Source of the DNA: a virus
Taxonomy: Duplodnaviria; Caudoviricetes
DNA length: 50,075 nucleotides
Strand: one strand, 5' to 3'
Virus record (IMG/VR): IMGVR_UViG_3300006169_000021
Coordinates: 1-50,075 of that record
The notes below the pieces were generated by a model. It worked only from the letters and a program-made list of their open reading frames with translations. It was not told the origin of the DNA and did no database searches. A program made the position numbers and the translations under genes. Positions 18,592-27,856 of the stretch are shown piece by piece. Every line of letters starts with the position of its first letter. Positions within the stretch are counted from its first letter, which is position 1.

Positions 18592-19287
18592 TCATTCGCC
18601 CTTGGCGATAGTAACCACCAGATCCACAACCGGATCCTTTCGAAAACTGTTCAGGTGTGCCAGCGAGTCATCCGGCAATCCCATACTCGCCGCCGCGGCG
18701 TACACCGCCTGCAATCCCTGAAGCATCTGCGCGGCATTCGAAAACGTCAACTTCGACGGCCGCTCGGCGATCTCTTTGTTGTCACCGATCTTCGACTGAA
18801 CCCGATCTCGAACCGCGTTCATGTCCACCTTCGCTCCAGGACAAGTCTTGGAGCTTCGTTTCGGAGCCCTGCCCCGTTCCACGAGCCGATTCACCTCTCG
18901 GTGGCCCATGACGATCAGCTCGTCTCCGGCCATAAACTGCTCTCGCAAACGAAACTGGTTCAGCAATTGAACCGTGAGATTGACGCCAGCTTCGACCTGT
19001 GCCGGGGTCAGTGGCTTCAGGTCGCCATGGCCAGAAAAGCAGATGCCGATCGACTTCTCGTTGATCCCCTCGACATGCGCACCGACCTGGCTAAGCGGTC
19101 TTCCCGCCTCCACCGTGCCATCGAACCGGACAACGAAGTGGTATCCGATGCCGTTCCAGCCTTTGTCTCGGTGCCAAGAATCGATCTGCTTGGCTGTGGT
19201 GTCGAAGACCTCGCCGGTCGCTTCTCGACCATGCGCAGCGGTATGCCAGACGATGTGTTCGACCTTGTCAGGAAGAAGAGCGGACAT
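18592..19287 (-). CDS. Endolysin, N-acetylmuramoyl-L-alanine amidase (Amidase_2)
   Basis: IVWHTAA, GWNGIGYHFVVRFDG, GAHVEGINEKSIGIC, GHRE and KTCPG zinc-amidase motifs. Confidence 0.95.
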   Translation of the reverse strand: MSALLPDKVEHIVWHTAAHGREATGEVFDTTAKQIDSWHRDKGWNGIGYHFVVRFDGTVEAGRPLSQVGAHVEGINEKSIGICFSGHGDLKPLTPAQVEAGVNLTVQLLNQFRLREQFMAGDELIVMGHREVNRLVERGRAPKRSSKTCPGAKVDMNAVRDRVQSKIGDNKEIAERPSKLTFSNAAQMLQGLQAVYAAAASMGLPDDSLAHLNSFRKDPVVDLVVTIAKGE

Positions 19288-19339
19288 TGTTGTTAAACCT
19301 GTTCAATCAGGGCCTTCGAGGTTTTGCAGCGCCTACCAT

Positions 19340-19562
19340 GTGGGCCGTGTCCGGACGAAGCCGAACGGTGCGATGAAGAACCATGCACTGCTGTCACCAT
19401 CTCCAGCCCTGACCTGCCTTATGGAGTGATCCCTGCGGGACTCACATGACATGCCTCCAGATCAGCGGCGCGTAAGAACGCCGGATAAGTAAGGGTCGGG
19501 ACCCGCCGCAGCACCGACGAGCCCCAGGGAAGGAGGATCTGAATGAGAGCGTCGTTGGCCAC
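19340..19562 (-). ncRNA. Candidate multi-branched structured RNA in the late leader
   Basis: At least six mutually compatible stems inside a closing GTGGCC/GGCCCAC helix. No credible CDS. Confidence 0.5.
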
Positions 19563-19588
19563 GAGCTCTTCTTGTCCTTATGTCGGGC

Positions 19589-19622
19589 AACAAAAAAGCC
19601 GCTCCTCTTGCGAGTTGCGACT
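19589..19622 (-). terminator. Intrinsic terminator just after the putative late promoter (tR'-like)
   Basis: Minus strand AGTCGC-aa-CTC-GCAA-GAG-ga-GCGGCT followed by TTTTTGTT. Confidence 0.7.
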
Positions 19623-19659
19623 CCATCCGGGCACAAGAATGTCCGGGCCCAATCAAAAG

Positions 19660-19692
19660 TAGTATACGCAGAAGGCAAGCGAATCGTCTCAG
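19660..19692 (-). promoter_or_regulatory. Putative late promoter
   Basis: -10 TATACT. No consensus -35, but TGAGAC lies near that position. Upstream of the terminator and the lysis/structural operon. Confidence 0.5.
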
Positions 19693-20237
19693 TTTTCTTG
19701 CGCTTGTTCAGGAAAGTTCAAGACAGCGTATTCGCCGAACATCACCCTAGCGGCGTTGTCGTAGACCAATGCAGCCTCCCTGGCAGTGGCGAAATGACCT
19801 AGCGAATGCCGCTTCCCATTCCGGTTGATCCGAGCTTCGTATGGCAGTTTCGAATCTGCCCGAACCTTTTTTCTCACGCCTTTATACTTGACCTCTGACC
19901 CCTCGACGTTGTCAACGTTCCTGGCGTTCTGAGCCCTGGTCGCAGTTCTGAGGTTGCACCTGCGGTTGTCCAACCTCTCACGATTGATGTGATCTGTCTC
20001 CAAGCCGTCAGGAGTCCCATTGACGATCCGGTGCATGGCCACGCTGCGCCATGAACCATCAGGCTGCCGAATGTTCGTCATTGCATAGCCACTGACGATG
20101 TGCCACTTGTGCTTGCTCAAGGCCTCGACCATATCGGAATCCACGAGCGCATGTAGCTGCCCCACGCGAATCCAAGCGCATCCTTCCGGTGGCTCGGGAA
20201 GCACCACTTCGACATTGATGATCTCGGTCTCACCCAT
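19689..20237 (-). CDS. HNH endonuclease with an AP2 domain
   Basis: MHR...TDHINRERLDNRRCNLR (HNH) plus YKGV...YEARI...LGHFATAREAALVYDNAA...LNFP (AP2). Confidence 0.92.
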   Translation of the reverse strand: MGETEIINVEVVLPEPPEGCAWIRVGQLHALVDSDMVEALSKHKWHIVSGYAMTNIRQPDGSWRSVAMHRIVNGTPDGLETDHINRERLDNRRCNLRTATRAQNARNVDNVEGSEVKYKGVRKKVRADSKLPYEARINRNGKRHSLGHFATAREAALVYDNAARVMFGEYAVLNFPEQAQEN

Positions 20238-20241
20238 GCTT

Positions 20242-20550
20242 TTAACTCGCGCTCTCCCCACCGTCTCGTTTCGCTGCGATAGATTCTGCCGCGATCAGTT
20301 CGAGATCGACTTCAACAGGCTCGAGGCAGCATGCAGATTGCTCCATCACGGCCCTTCTTCGCGCCATCATCCGTGCCCGAGTATCGACTCTCTCGATCTC
20401 CTTCAGAACCTCACGAGCTCGCACGCCAATCTCCACCCCTCTTTCGACGCTTACACCATCAAAGTCCTTAACGAACTCGAGGAACTCCACCGCAATCTTC
20501 AACTTCTCCTCCATCGGATCAGGAGGGCCATACGCCGCTCTATCTTCCAT
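20242..20550 (-). CDS. Hypothetical protein
   Basis: ATG overlaps the upstream TGA (TGATG coupling). Confidence 0.55.
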   Translation of the reverse strand: MEDRAAYGPPDPMEEKLKIAVEFLEFVKDFDGVSVERGVEIGVRAREVLKEIERVDTRARMMARRRAVMEQSACCLEPVEVDLELIAAESIAAKRDGGESAS

Positions 20551-21182
20551 CACATCACGCTCCTTGTCGGTCTGTCCGTCGATCTCTCGATCGCCCCCGC
20601 AACTGCGTTCATCATCGCCTTCCACTCAGTGGCCAGCACCAGGTCACCATCACCACCTCGAGGCTTGGCTGCGAATGATTCGAGTTGCCGACCTTCACCA
20701 TACATGTGCCAGGTCATATCCTCAAGCAGCCGGCGATGGTAAACGCTCCTCGCCATTCGCTCGATCGAACGCTGAACGATGTCGATCCGCCACGTCCGTA
20801 GCGCAGTCTCATAGTCGACCCGAGCCTCATCTTCAGGGCTCAATCCCGACTGCGGAGCCGAATAATCCAGCGGATGGCTCTTCGACTTGTGGCGCCTAGC
20901 GTCTGCCCATTCCCGCAAAGCGGCGTGGGTCTCATCGTCGATCGAGACTTTCGCCGCCGATCGCTTCTGCAGCTCTTCCTCGAGCTTCTGAACCCGAGCC
21001 TGCAGAATGTGCAGCTTCCCAAGATGCGCCACTTCGCAGTGATAGCAAAACGCCTGGCTGATGATCCCGTCATGGTTCATCCGCACCATGTCCTTTCCGC
21101 ACTCGTCGCACTTCGGTTTGTTCTTTGTTGATTGCATTCTTTTCTTTCCCTCTTTGAATCTGAAATTTCTGTTCGCCGTCAA
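20550..21182 (-). CDS. Hypothetical protein with an N-terminal CxxC..CxxC zinc ribbon
   Basis: CDEC...CYHC motif and a coiled coil. Position between replication and late genes could fit a late regulator. Start uncertain. Confidence 0.6.
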   Translation of the reverse strand: MTANRNFRFKEGKKRMQSTKNKPKCDECGKDMVRMNHDGIISQAFCYHCEVAHLGKLHILQARVQKLEEELQKRSAAKVSIDDETHAALREWADARRHKSKSHPLDYSAPQSGLSPEDEARVDYETALRTWRIDIVQRSIERMARSVYHRRLLEDMTWHMYGEGRQLESFAAKPRGGDGDLVLATEWKAMMNAVAGAIERSTDRPTRSVM

Positions 21183-21201
21183 ATCTGGTCAAATCTCGCG
21201 G

Positions 21202-22170
21202 CTAGTCGTCGATCGGATGATCTGGCCATTTCCGACGCCTCCAAGCCCGTTCATCCCAAGGCAGCTTCGTCTCCAGATCGATGAGCATGGCGACGTCCCG
21301 ATGCCGGTTCTCCGCCATCATCTCGGCGAACTTCGGATCATTCGCCAGGTGATCAAGATCCGACGACCGAGCCATGACCGACTTGTAATCCCGGATTTGT
21401 TCAGGTTTTCGCGGCTCATCATCCCCTTTTGGAGCACCTTGCCCGTCGCCACGTCGAGCCGCCTTGGCCGCTTCCTCCCGAATCCATTTCCGGGCCGCAG
21501 CCTGCCAGTCCTTCATCGGAGCCCGACCACCGACCTTCCAACCGTTCGAGGTGTAGTAATCGAAAAACTGCCGTGCCCACTCACCCTTTCCACTGTTGGC
21601 CCGGAAGTAGTCGGCCACCTCCTTGGCCTCCGGCTTGACCATCGGCGCTTCACGCTTCCGCTTCCCGGTTTCCGGCTCAGCGCCAGCATCCTGAGGGGGG
21701 GTATTTCCCCCCTTTAGGGGGGTTGGGGGGGAGTCTGTATTCTGTTCCTGTCCCTGTCGCGTGACAGAGTGCGGACCTTTGCGGTCGTTCACGTTCGTTT
21801 GCGGATCTTCCCGCTCATCTGCGGACGTTTGCGTACGTTTTTCCGCCAAATCCCTCTCGGCTGATCTAGGAGACTGAAAGCAGCTCTTGTCGGTCACGAT
21901 CCAAAGCCCTTCTTCGATCGTTAATGCACCAGCGTCGAGCGCCGCAGCCTCAAGCTCTTGAATCGAGTCCGGTGTGACACGCCATGTGTGCGCTGCCACT
22001 TTCGGGTCCATCCTCTGAGCCCTATTCGGAGCCTTCTGGCTGACCGCGGCACGCTTGACGTACATCTTCAGCATCACCCAAGCCCTAAAGGCGTCGGAGC
22101 TCAGGAAGAAGAGCCATGGAGCTTCAAGCTCGGTCGTATCCTGGCGGAACCACAATGAGTCTTGGGCCAC
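21202..22170 (-). CDS. Phage replication initiator protein
   Basis: N-terminal wHTH-like region (WFRQDT...LSSDAFRAW), SPPTPLKGG linker, and C-terminal FFDYYTSNGWKVGG..MKDWQAAARKW. Confidence 0.8.
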   Translation of the reverse strand: MAQDSLWFRQDTTELEAPWLFFLSSDAFRAWVMLKMYVKRAAVSQKAPNRAQRMDPKVAAHTWRVTPDSIQELEAAALDAGALTIEEGLWIVTDKSCFQSPRSAERDLAEKRTQTSADEREDPQTNVNDRKGPHSVTRQGQEQNTDSPPTPLKGGNTPPQDAGAEPETGKRKREAPMVKPEAKEVADYFRANSGKGEWARQFFDYYTSNGWKVGGRAPMKDWQAAARKWIREEAAKAARRGDGQGAPKGDDEPRKPEQIRDYKSVMARSSDLDHLANDPKFAEMMAENRHRDVAMLIDLETKLPWDERAWRRRKWPDHPIDD

Positions 22171-22171
22171 G

Positions 22172-24337
22172 TCAGGCAGCCACCGCCTGTCTGGCGTTAC
22201 TTTGCTTTCGGCGCGGCCTCTCAGCCGTGCGCACGATCAGATCCGGACAGTTGGCACGCACCAACGCTTCCGCAACTGGCGGACAAACGGAGTTGCCGCA
22301 CATCCGCACCTGGTCTGTCTTGTTGAGCACGCGGCCATCCGCGCCGCGGTCGATGATGTAGTCAGGACGGAAGCCTTGCGCGAGATAGAGCTCACGCGGC
22401 TGCAGCATCCGCATGCAGATGTCCGTCATCACCATCTCTTCGCCGCGGATGTCGACGGTGACAAGCCCGAACCGGTCCTTGGCTGTGATGGTGTGGCCAG
22501 GCTCACCGAGCTCTTGGCCGACACCCTGCCCATAGAACTTGTTCAGGAACGCCGCCACAAGCGGAGCACGGGAGCCAAAGGCGCAGATCGTAGGGGAAGG
22601 ACCATCGAGGCCTCGGCCAACACGATTCTCAAAGCCGTTGTTGGCTTGGTCGAGGAAGCCTGCCGCAATTCCGTGATGCGTCCCACCGGCGCTCACCGTA
22701 TCCAGCGGATCGCAAGGATCGGCGTCAGTGCTCGTGCCCCTCAACTTCACCATGCTCGAGGCGATGAGCGACTGGTTGGCACCCTTGCCTGTGATCGTGG
22801 TCGCCGGATCGTCGAGCGGCTTGCCGTCACCGGTGTTGCCATCGGCAAAGCCACCGTTGTTCTGGCCGAGGAACGAGGCGACCAAGGCCGCTTTGCCCTG
22901 TCCATCGCCTGTGATCGTTCCGGTTGGCACATCGGCACCGTGCCCGACGCTCTGGCCGAAGTCGCGCTGGATATGAGCGGCCACCACTCCGAAGCGGTTC
23001 TCCGTACCTTGCGTTCGTAGTGGCTCATCAAGGTCGACGCCACGGTTCTCGCCACCTTCACCGCCGTAATACGTCGAGAGATGGCCAGCTACGAGGCTGC
23101 CGCCATTCGCTCCGGGAACGATCACCGGTGAAGGATCTTCCACCGACCTGCAGCGCGGCTCCTGTCCCTCGCGCTCTCCGTACCTCGGGATCAGGTGCGG
23201 AGCAATGAGAGCCTGCTCACCCCGGTGCGAACAAGTGATCGTGGCCAACGGTTCGTCGGCGCCAGGCGTCCGGCGATCGCCGCCGTGGGTGATTGGCGAC
23301 ACGATTGGACTGACCACGGCAGAGTCACCTTTGGCAGTGATGGTCTGGAACGGCTGATCCACTGACCTCTCAGCGCTTTGACCTTGTCTTCCTCCAACGC
23401 CGGCGACAAATGGCACGGTGTACGGCTTCGGATTGTCGATCACGTACCGCTTGATCCCACGAGCGATGCGGCGCATCGTGTTCTCGGCCAGCGGCCGGAT
23501 CGGGATGCCTTCCACTTGGAATTCGCCATCCCACTGCTTGGCGTTGTAGCCGTGCTCGAACGCCCAGGCTCTAGCCTCTTCCTTCGTGGCGAAGATGCTG
23601 AGCATTGGAATCCGCCAGTCGATACAGTCGGCGATTGGTCGCCATGGCTTCAAGTGCGGCATCTGCCAGTCCTGAATCGCCTTCACGCGCTCTTTCAAGG
23701 TCTTGGGATCGCAATGCGAGGCTTCCGGCCACACGATCGGCTGACCATCGCAACGAGCGATTAGATACAACCGCTTGCGAATGGTCGGTGCCCCGTAGTC
23801 GCACGCACGAAGCTCGCGCCACTCGACTTCGTAGCCGAGATTCCGCAGCTCGGTGATGAATCGCCTGAACGTCTTTCCCCGTCGCTTGGGGCAGCGGCGA
23901 TAATTGCCAGGAGTGCCGACCAGAGGGGACCAGTCGACGAACTCCTCAACATTCTCCAGCATGATGACGCGAGGGCGAACCTGGCCGGCCCAACGCTTCA
24001 CCACCCACGCGAGTGCACGTCGCTTGCGCGTCCGAATCGGCTTCCCGCCCTTGGCTTTCGAGTGATCCGTGCAGTCCGGAGAAGCCCAAAGGAAGGCAAC
24101 CGGCCGACCTTCAGTCACTTCGCGGGGGCACACCTCGAACACGTCGGACACCAGATGTTTCGTCTGAGGGTGATTCGCCTCGTGCATCGCCACCGCGGCG
24201 GCGTCGTGGTTGATGGCGATGTCCACCATCCTTCCGGTTGCTTGCTCGATTCCCGAACTCGCACCTCCACCACCGGCGAAAAGGTCAATGATCAGCTCCT
24301 CATGTGTGTCGAGGAGCGGTTGAAGATATAGCGGCAA
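22172..24337 (-). CDS. dcm: DNA (cytosine-5) methyltransferase, long phage type
   Basis: DLFAGGGG, WASPDC, MLENVEEF, YGAPTIRKR and CGNSV motifs. Variable region is repeat-expanded. Confidence 0.95.
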   Translation of the reverse strand: MPLYLQPLLDTHEELIIDLFAGGGGASSGIEQATGRMVDIAINHDAAAVAMHEANHPQTKHLVSDVFEVCPREVTEGRPVAFLWASPDCTDHSKAKGGKPIRTRKRRALAWVVKRWAGQVRPRVIMLENVEEFVDWSPLVGTPGNYRRCPKRRGKTFRRFITELRNLGYEVEWRELRACDYGAPTIRKRLYLIARCDGQPIVWPEASHCDPKTLKERVKAIQDWQMPHLKPWRPIADCIDWRIPMLSIFATKEEARAWAFEHGYNAKQWDGEFQVEGIPIRPLAENTMRRIARGIKRYVIDNPKPYTVPFVAGVGGRQGQSAERSVDQPFQTITAKGDSAVVSPIVSPITHGGDRRTPGADEPLATITCSHRGEQALIAPHLIPRYGEREGQEPRCRSVEDPSPVIVPGANGGSLVAGHLSTYYGGEGGENRGVDLDEPLRTQGTENRFGVVAAHIQRDFGQSVGHGADVPTGTITGDGQGKAALVASFLGQNNGGFADGNTGDGKPLDDPATTITGKGANQSLIASSMVKLRGTSTDADPCDPLDTVSAGGTHHGIAAGFLDQANNGFENRVGRGLDGPSPTICAFGSRAPLVAAFLNKFYGQGVGQELGEPGHTITAKDRFGLVTVDIRGEEMVMTDICMRMLQPRELYLAQGFRPDYIIDRGADGRVLNKTDQVRMCGNSVCPPVAEALVRANCPDLIVRTAERPRRKQSNARQAVAA

Positions 24338-24338
24338 G

Positions 24339-24752
24339 CTAGTCCACCTCCGTGAACGTCAAAACCACACAGGACCGGCCCTGATGCTCCTTCTTGTTTC
24401 GGAACAGGGAGCACTCTCCCCACTTCACCCGGTCGTGCGAATCGGACACCAGAACGCCGGCGTCCACAACACCGTCGATCGCAGCTTTCAGCGCTGCAAT
24501 CGCATTTCCCTCATCCAGCGGCCGGTACCGTGGCGGAATCACCTTCAGCGACTCCTTCTGGCTCTTGCCCATGTACCAGGCGTGGTCGACACGCACCGGA
24601 CGCTGAAACCGGATCCCACCCGCCTGCTGGGCAGCGCAGGCGAAGGCCTCCTGCCGATACTGGCGAATCGCGTCGCCCTTCTTTCGCCAGTGGCGATGAG
24701 TGTTGGGAGAGCAACCCTTGGGAGGCAACGAAATCGTGATCGACACCTTCAC
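24339..24752 (-). CDS. rusA: RusA-like Holliday junction resolvase
   Basis: PPKGCSPN and DEGNAIAALKAAIDGVVDAGVLVSDS motifs. Confidence 0.8.
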   Translation of the reverse strand: MKVSITISLPPKGCSPNTHRHWRKKGDAIRQYRQEAFACAAQQAGGIRFQRPVRVDHAWYMGKSQKESLKVIPPRYRPLDEGNAIAALKAAIDGVVDAGVLVSDSHDRVKWGECSLFRNKKEHQGRSCVVLTFTEVD

Positions 24753-25636
24753 GCTGCATCCTCCGTAAGAAGTGAAAATTGAATGGCGCCGGCCGTTCTA
24801 GGACTCAGCCAAAGAGACTCGATCCGGTCACGAGCGCCGTCCGCGTGGAACGACTTGTCGACACGAGCCCAGTCTCCAAACAGTTCTTCGTAGAGGGGGC
24901 AGTTATAGCCACTTACGATGACGAAGCCCTTCAGTCTCTTCAGGAATTCGGCGAGATCGCGATGATCGTCGTCGGTCATCTCGTGGCGATACTTGTGCTT
25001 TGCACAGTGCTTATTGCCCTTGCTTCGGGTCGAGTGCACGTAAGGCGGATCGCAATAGTGGAGCGTCTCGGGCTCATCGTGCTGAGCCATCACCTTCATT
25101 GCAGGGGCATTCTCGATGACCACCGCTTGGAGTCGATCGACGATCGCCGAAAGGCCATCCGGATACCTGCACCAATCCCGCGCAGGGTGAGTGTTACTCC
25201 GGTTGGAATTGGATCTGAAACCGGTCTTCGGTCGGAATCCGGACGACCACATGGAGTCGTTGATGGCGCCTGAGTTGCCGAACCCCATGCAGGCCCTGAC
25301 TACCAGCCGGCGCGCCCGCTCGATAGGATCGTCGCTTGGCTCGTAGGCACAGAAGAACTCGTCCCTGGCGTAGGGTGTGAGCTCGATCAGCCTGATCAAC
25401 TCAGTCGCGTCCTCCTTGGAGCGCAAGACCCTGAAGAGGTTCACAACCTCGGAATCAAGGTCGTTGTAGATCTCGCCGTACGACCTTGGCTTTCTGAGCA
25501 GCACTGAGCCACTGCCGCCGAATGGTTCGACATACACCCGGTGTTCGGGAAAGTGCGCGATGATCCAAGGAGCTAGGCGCCACTTTCCACCCTGATATCG
25601 AAGGATCGGTCTTTTCGGAGAGGTCGTGGAGCTCAC
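24749..25636 (-). CDS. dam: DNA adenine methyltransferase (D12/Dam class)
   Basis: RYQGGKW, YVEPFGGSGSV, EIYNDLD and YCDPPY. The likely start is the GTG overlapping the upstream stop (GTGA). Confidence 0.93.
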   Translation of the reverse strand: MSSTTSPKRPILRYQGGKWRLAPWIIAHFPEHRVYVEPFGGSGSVLLRKPRSYGEIYNDLDSEVVNLFRVLRSKEDATELIRLIELTPYARDEFFCAYEPSDDPIERARRLVVRACMGFGNSGAINDSMWSSGFRPKTGFRSNSNRSNTHPARDWCRYPDGLSAIVDRLQAVVIENAPAMKVMAQHDEPETLHYCDPPYVHSTRSKGNKHCAKHKYRHEMTDDDHRDLAEFLKRLKGFVIVSGYNCPLYEELFGDWARVDKSFHADGARDRIESLWLSPRTAGAIQFSLLTEDAA

Positions 25637-26526
25637 GCTGCCGCCTCCTCTCGAACCTTCTCCAGCCGAGCGAACGGGATCTTCAGCGTGAAGGAATCGA
25701 ATTGCACGATCGCCGACGCATTGCTTGTCGATTTGATTCGCCCGGTCAGATACGGGTGTCCGTTCTTCGCTGAACGTGACAGTCGAGGTCGAATCTGATC
25801 GTCTAAGTCGATATTGCCAAGGCTCGTGCGAACCAAAGAGCCGATCGGCCACTTCGCGTGCTTTCGTGCGTAGTTGAGCGACGCCTTGCGGTGCCACTCC
25901 TTTTGCCTGGGATCCGATTTCTTTCGTTCCCAATCACGAGCATCGTAGTCGGTGCGGAGTCGGTACGCCTTGGCTCTACGCCGACTCTTCTCGGCTGTGC
26001 TGTTGTAGTTCGTTCGGTAGCGCCAAGCCGCATAACATCGATGACAAAGGCCTCGAGCTTCATGTGGTTTGTCCGTGCGACCGCAACCACGACAAGCATC
26101 AGCCTTGCTGCTCCACACGTCCGGTCGTCTCTTTTCAATGCATCCATCGGCACTCCGAGTAAACAGCTTGAGTATCTGGCCAGCTCGCGGCTGAGCACGA
26201 CGGCTTCGCGGCAGATCCTCGATTGAAGGCTTGGCCCATGCCGAAGAGATCAACCCGTGTGAGAACGCAGACTCAACCAGCCGACCGTCATCCAATCGGA
26301 TGCCGGCGAGGTTGTTGCTTGGTCGCGTCTCGATCAGACCACTGTGCCAGTCGCCCTCCCAGGCAACCCACACTCTTAGGCCAATCGGCCACTTCTCCTC
26401 TTTGGTGACCTGGTGGTAGCAGGGAGCGCAATAACCATGAGCCACGCATCGGCGCTCAGTCGTGCCACATCGTCGGCAACAGTCGTGGCTCTTACCCCAG
26501 CGCCTCAAGATGGCACCTCGTCCCAA
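25633..26526 (-). CDS. Protein with a duplicated Zn-finger + Tudor/SH3-like module
   Basis: Two CxxCG.T......G.C..CY units, each followed by KWPIG. Confidence 0.7.
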   Translation of the reverse strand: MGRGAILRRWGKSHDCCRRCGTTERRCVAHGYCAPCYHQVTKEEKWPIGLRVWVAWEGDWHSGLIETRPSNNLAGIRLDDGRLVESAFSHGLISSAWAKPSIEDLPRSRRAQPRAGQILKLFTRSADGCIEKRRPDVWSSKADACRGCGRTDKPHEARGLCHRCYAAWRYRTNYNSTAEKSRRRAKAYRLRTDYDARDWERKKSDPRQKEWHRKASLNYARKHAKWPIGSLVRTSLGNIDLDDQIRPRLSRSAKNGHPYLTGRIKSTSNASAIVQFDSFTLKIPFARLEKVREEAAA

Positions 26527-27539
26527 GTGCGACCATCGAGCAAGCGACCGGCAGCCTTCTTGCCGACACGGTAGGTGAACCCGCTAGGTCGTTGTGGGTC
26601 TAGGCTATGTGCGGGCGGTATCTGGTCACCAGGCGCGAACTCGCCCCACTGCTTGAAGAAGAACGGCACCCTCGCGGCTTGGCATTGATCTCTCAGCGAC
26701 CGAGCCCAGTCCGGATGCATCGGCCTCGCCTTGTGGCCGCTCTCGCCGCCGCAGATCACCCAGTGGATAAGGCTCTCCTTCTTGCCTGTACTCGCGAAGC
26801 CTGGGAATGAAGAACTGCTCTTGAGCACGTGGGCGACTCGGTCGGATCGTGTCAGGGCAAGATCGACCGGTCCAAGAAGCGGCTCGCAACTCAGGAAGCG
26901 AACGGCGGCGGGGCACTTGAGAAGATGGGGAATGCGCTCGTCAGCCGCAACCTGGTCCTCTACGCTGGAGCCGATCCACACGTTCGGGAGTGGCCACGCC
27001 CATCCCATTCGACGGTGACTTCCTGCCTCAGTCCAGTTAGCGTCCTTGTCTGGGTCACATTCGCCACCTTCTTCGAGGATGCGATAACACTCAGCGCTGA
27101 TGAAGGATCTTCGGTCCGCACCGACCGTCTCGCCCGCACCAGGTTGCAGTCTGTCGTTCAGGTATTCCGCCATCCGATCGGGCCTCTTGGTGAGCACTTG
27201 AAACACGTGCTGAGGGCAGAGCGCCATCACCGCGAACACCTTGTCGATGAACTCGAACGGCACATCCTTGTGGAACAGGTCCGACATCGAGTTGACGAAG
27301 ATCTGGCGCGGCTTCTTCCACGTCAGCGGAAGGAGCAAAGCATCTTCGTGCGTCCGCACCACGCCGTTGAAGTGGTTCTTGCCCAGGTTGACGAGGCCGG
27401 CGTACTTCTCCTGCCCCATCGCCTCGAGGCGCTTGGTCATCACCACGGCGTAGCAGTTGTCGCACCCCTCCGACGCACGGGTGCAGCCGGTGACCGGGTT
27501 CCACGTGGCGTCCGTCCATTCGATGCGTGAATCAGCCAT
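26505..27539 (-). CDS. DUF5131 (phage Gp37/Gp68) radical-SAM-like protein
   Basis: [54 protein letters not shown] and FFFKQWG. Confidence 0.95.
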   Translation of the reverse strand: MADSRIEWTDATWNPVTGCTRASEGCDNCYAVVMTKRLEAMGQEKYAGLVNLGKNHFNGVVRTHEDALLLPLTWKKPRQIFVNSMSDLFHKDVPFEFIDKVFAVMALCPQHVFQVLTKRPDRMAEYLNDRLQPGAGETVGADRRSFISAECYRILEEGGECDPDKDANWTEAGSHRRMGWAWPLPNVWIGSSVEDQVAADERIPHLLKCPAAVRFLSCEPLLGPVDLALTRSDRVAHVLKSSSSFPGFASTGKKESLIHWVICGGESGHKARPMHPDWARSLRDQCQAARVPFFFKQWGEFAPGDQIPPAHSLDPQRPSGFTYRVGKKAAGRLLDGRTWDEVPS

Positions 27540-27840
27540 GGATCGGCACCACCTTCCATCGGGAGTAGCCGCCGATCATCGTGATCATCCCCGGAGCGTG
27601 CCGAGCGCATCGGTAGTAGTAGTCACCCCGGTATCGAATCCGCTGAACCGCTTTGCAGTCGCAGAACGGCAGATCACACAGACGATGCTCCGTTACATCC
27701 TCGACGCCACGCTTGCTGTGCTTCCCGATCGGAACCAGCCGACCGCTCACAACGTCACCACGCTTGACGGCCTTCTTAGGCGCAGTCCTTTGACAAACCC
27801 CTGCTGTAGCACCAGCGGGGGCATTCTTGAGGTCTCTCAT
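27532..27840 (-). CDS. Small Cys/His-rich hypothetical protein
   Basis: CDLPFCDC...CARH. Overlaps the DUF5131 start. Confidence 0.55.
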   Translation of the reverse strand: MRDLKNAPAGATAGVCQRTAPKKAVKRGDVVSGRLVPIGKHSKRGVEDVTEHRLCDLPFCDCKAVQRIRYRGDYYYRCARHAPGMITMIGGYSRWKVVPIHG

Positions 27841-27856
27841 TAGATTGAGTTCGGAC

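Noticed and set aside
19340-19562. Known ribozyme or riboswitch in the late leader
   Set aside because: I could not find a hammerhead core (CUGAUGA...GAAA) or another consensus I recognise. Kept only as an unknown structured RNA candidate.
21690-21735. G/C homopolymer tract as a phase-variation or G-quadruplex element
   Set aside because: It encodes the SPPTPLKGG linker common in phage replication initiators and the frame is intact. It may be part of the origin, but I saw no clear iterons.
25637-25933. N-terminal 99-aa extension of the adenine methylase in the ORF track
   Set aside because: It overlaps the Zn-finger gene in another frame. Methylase motifs begin just after the coupled GTG at 25636.
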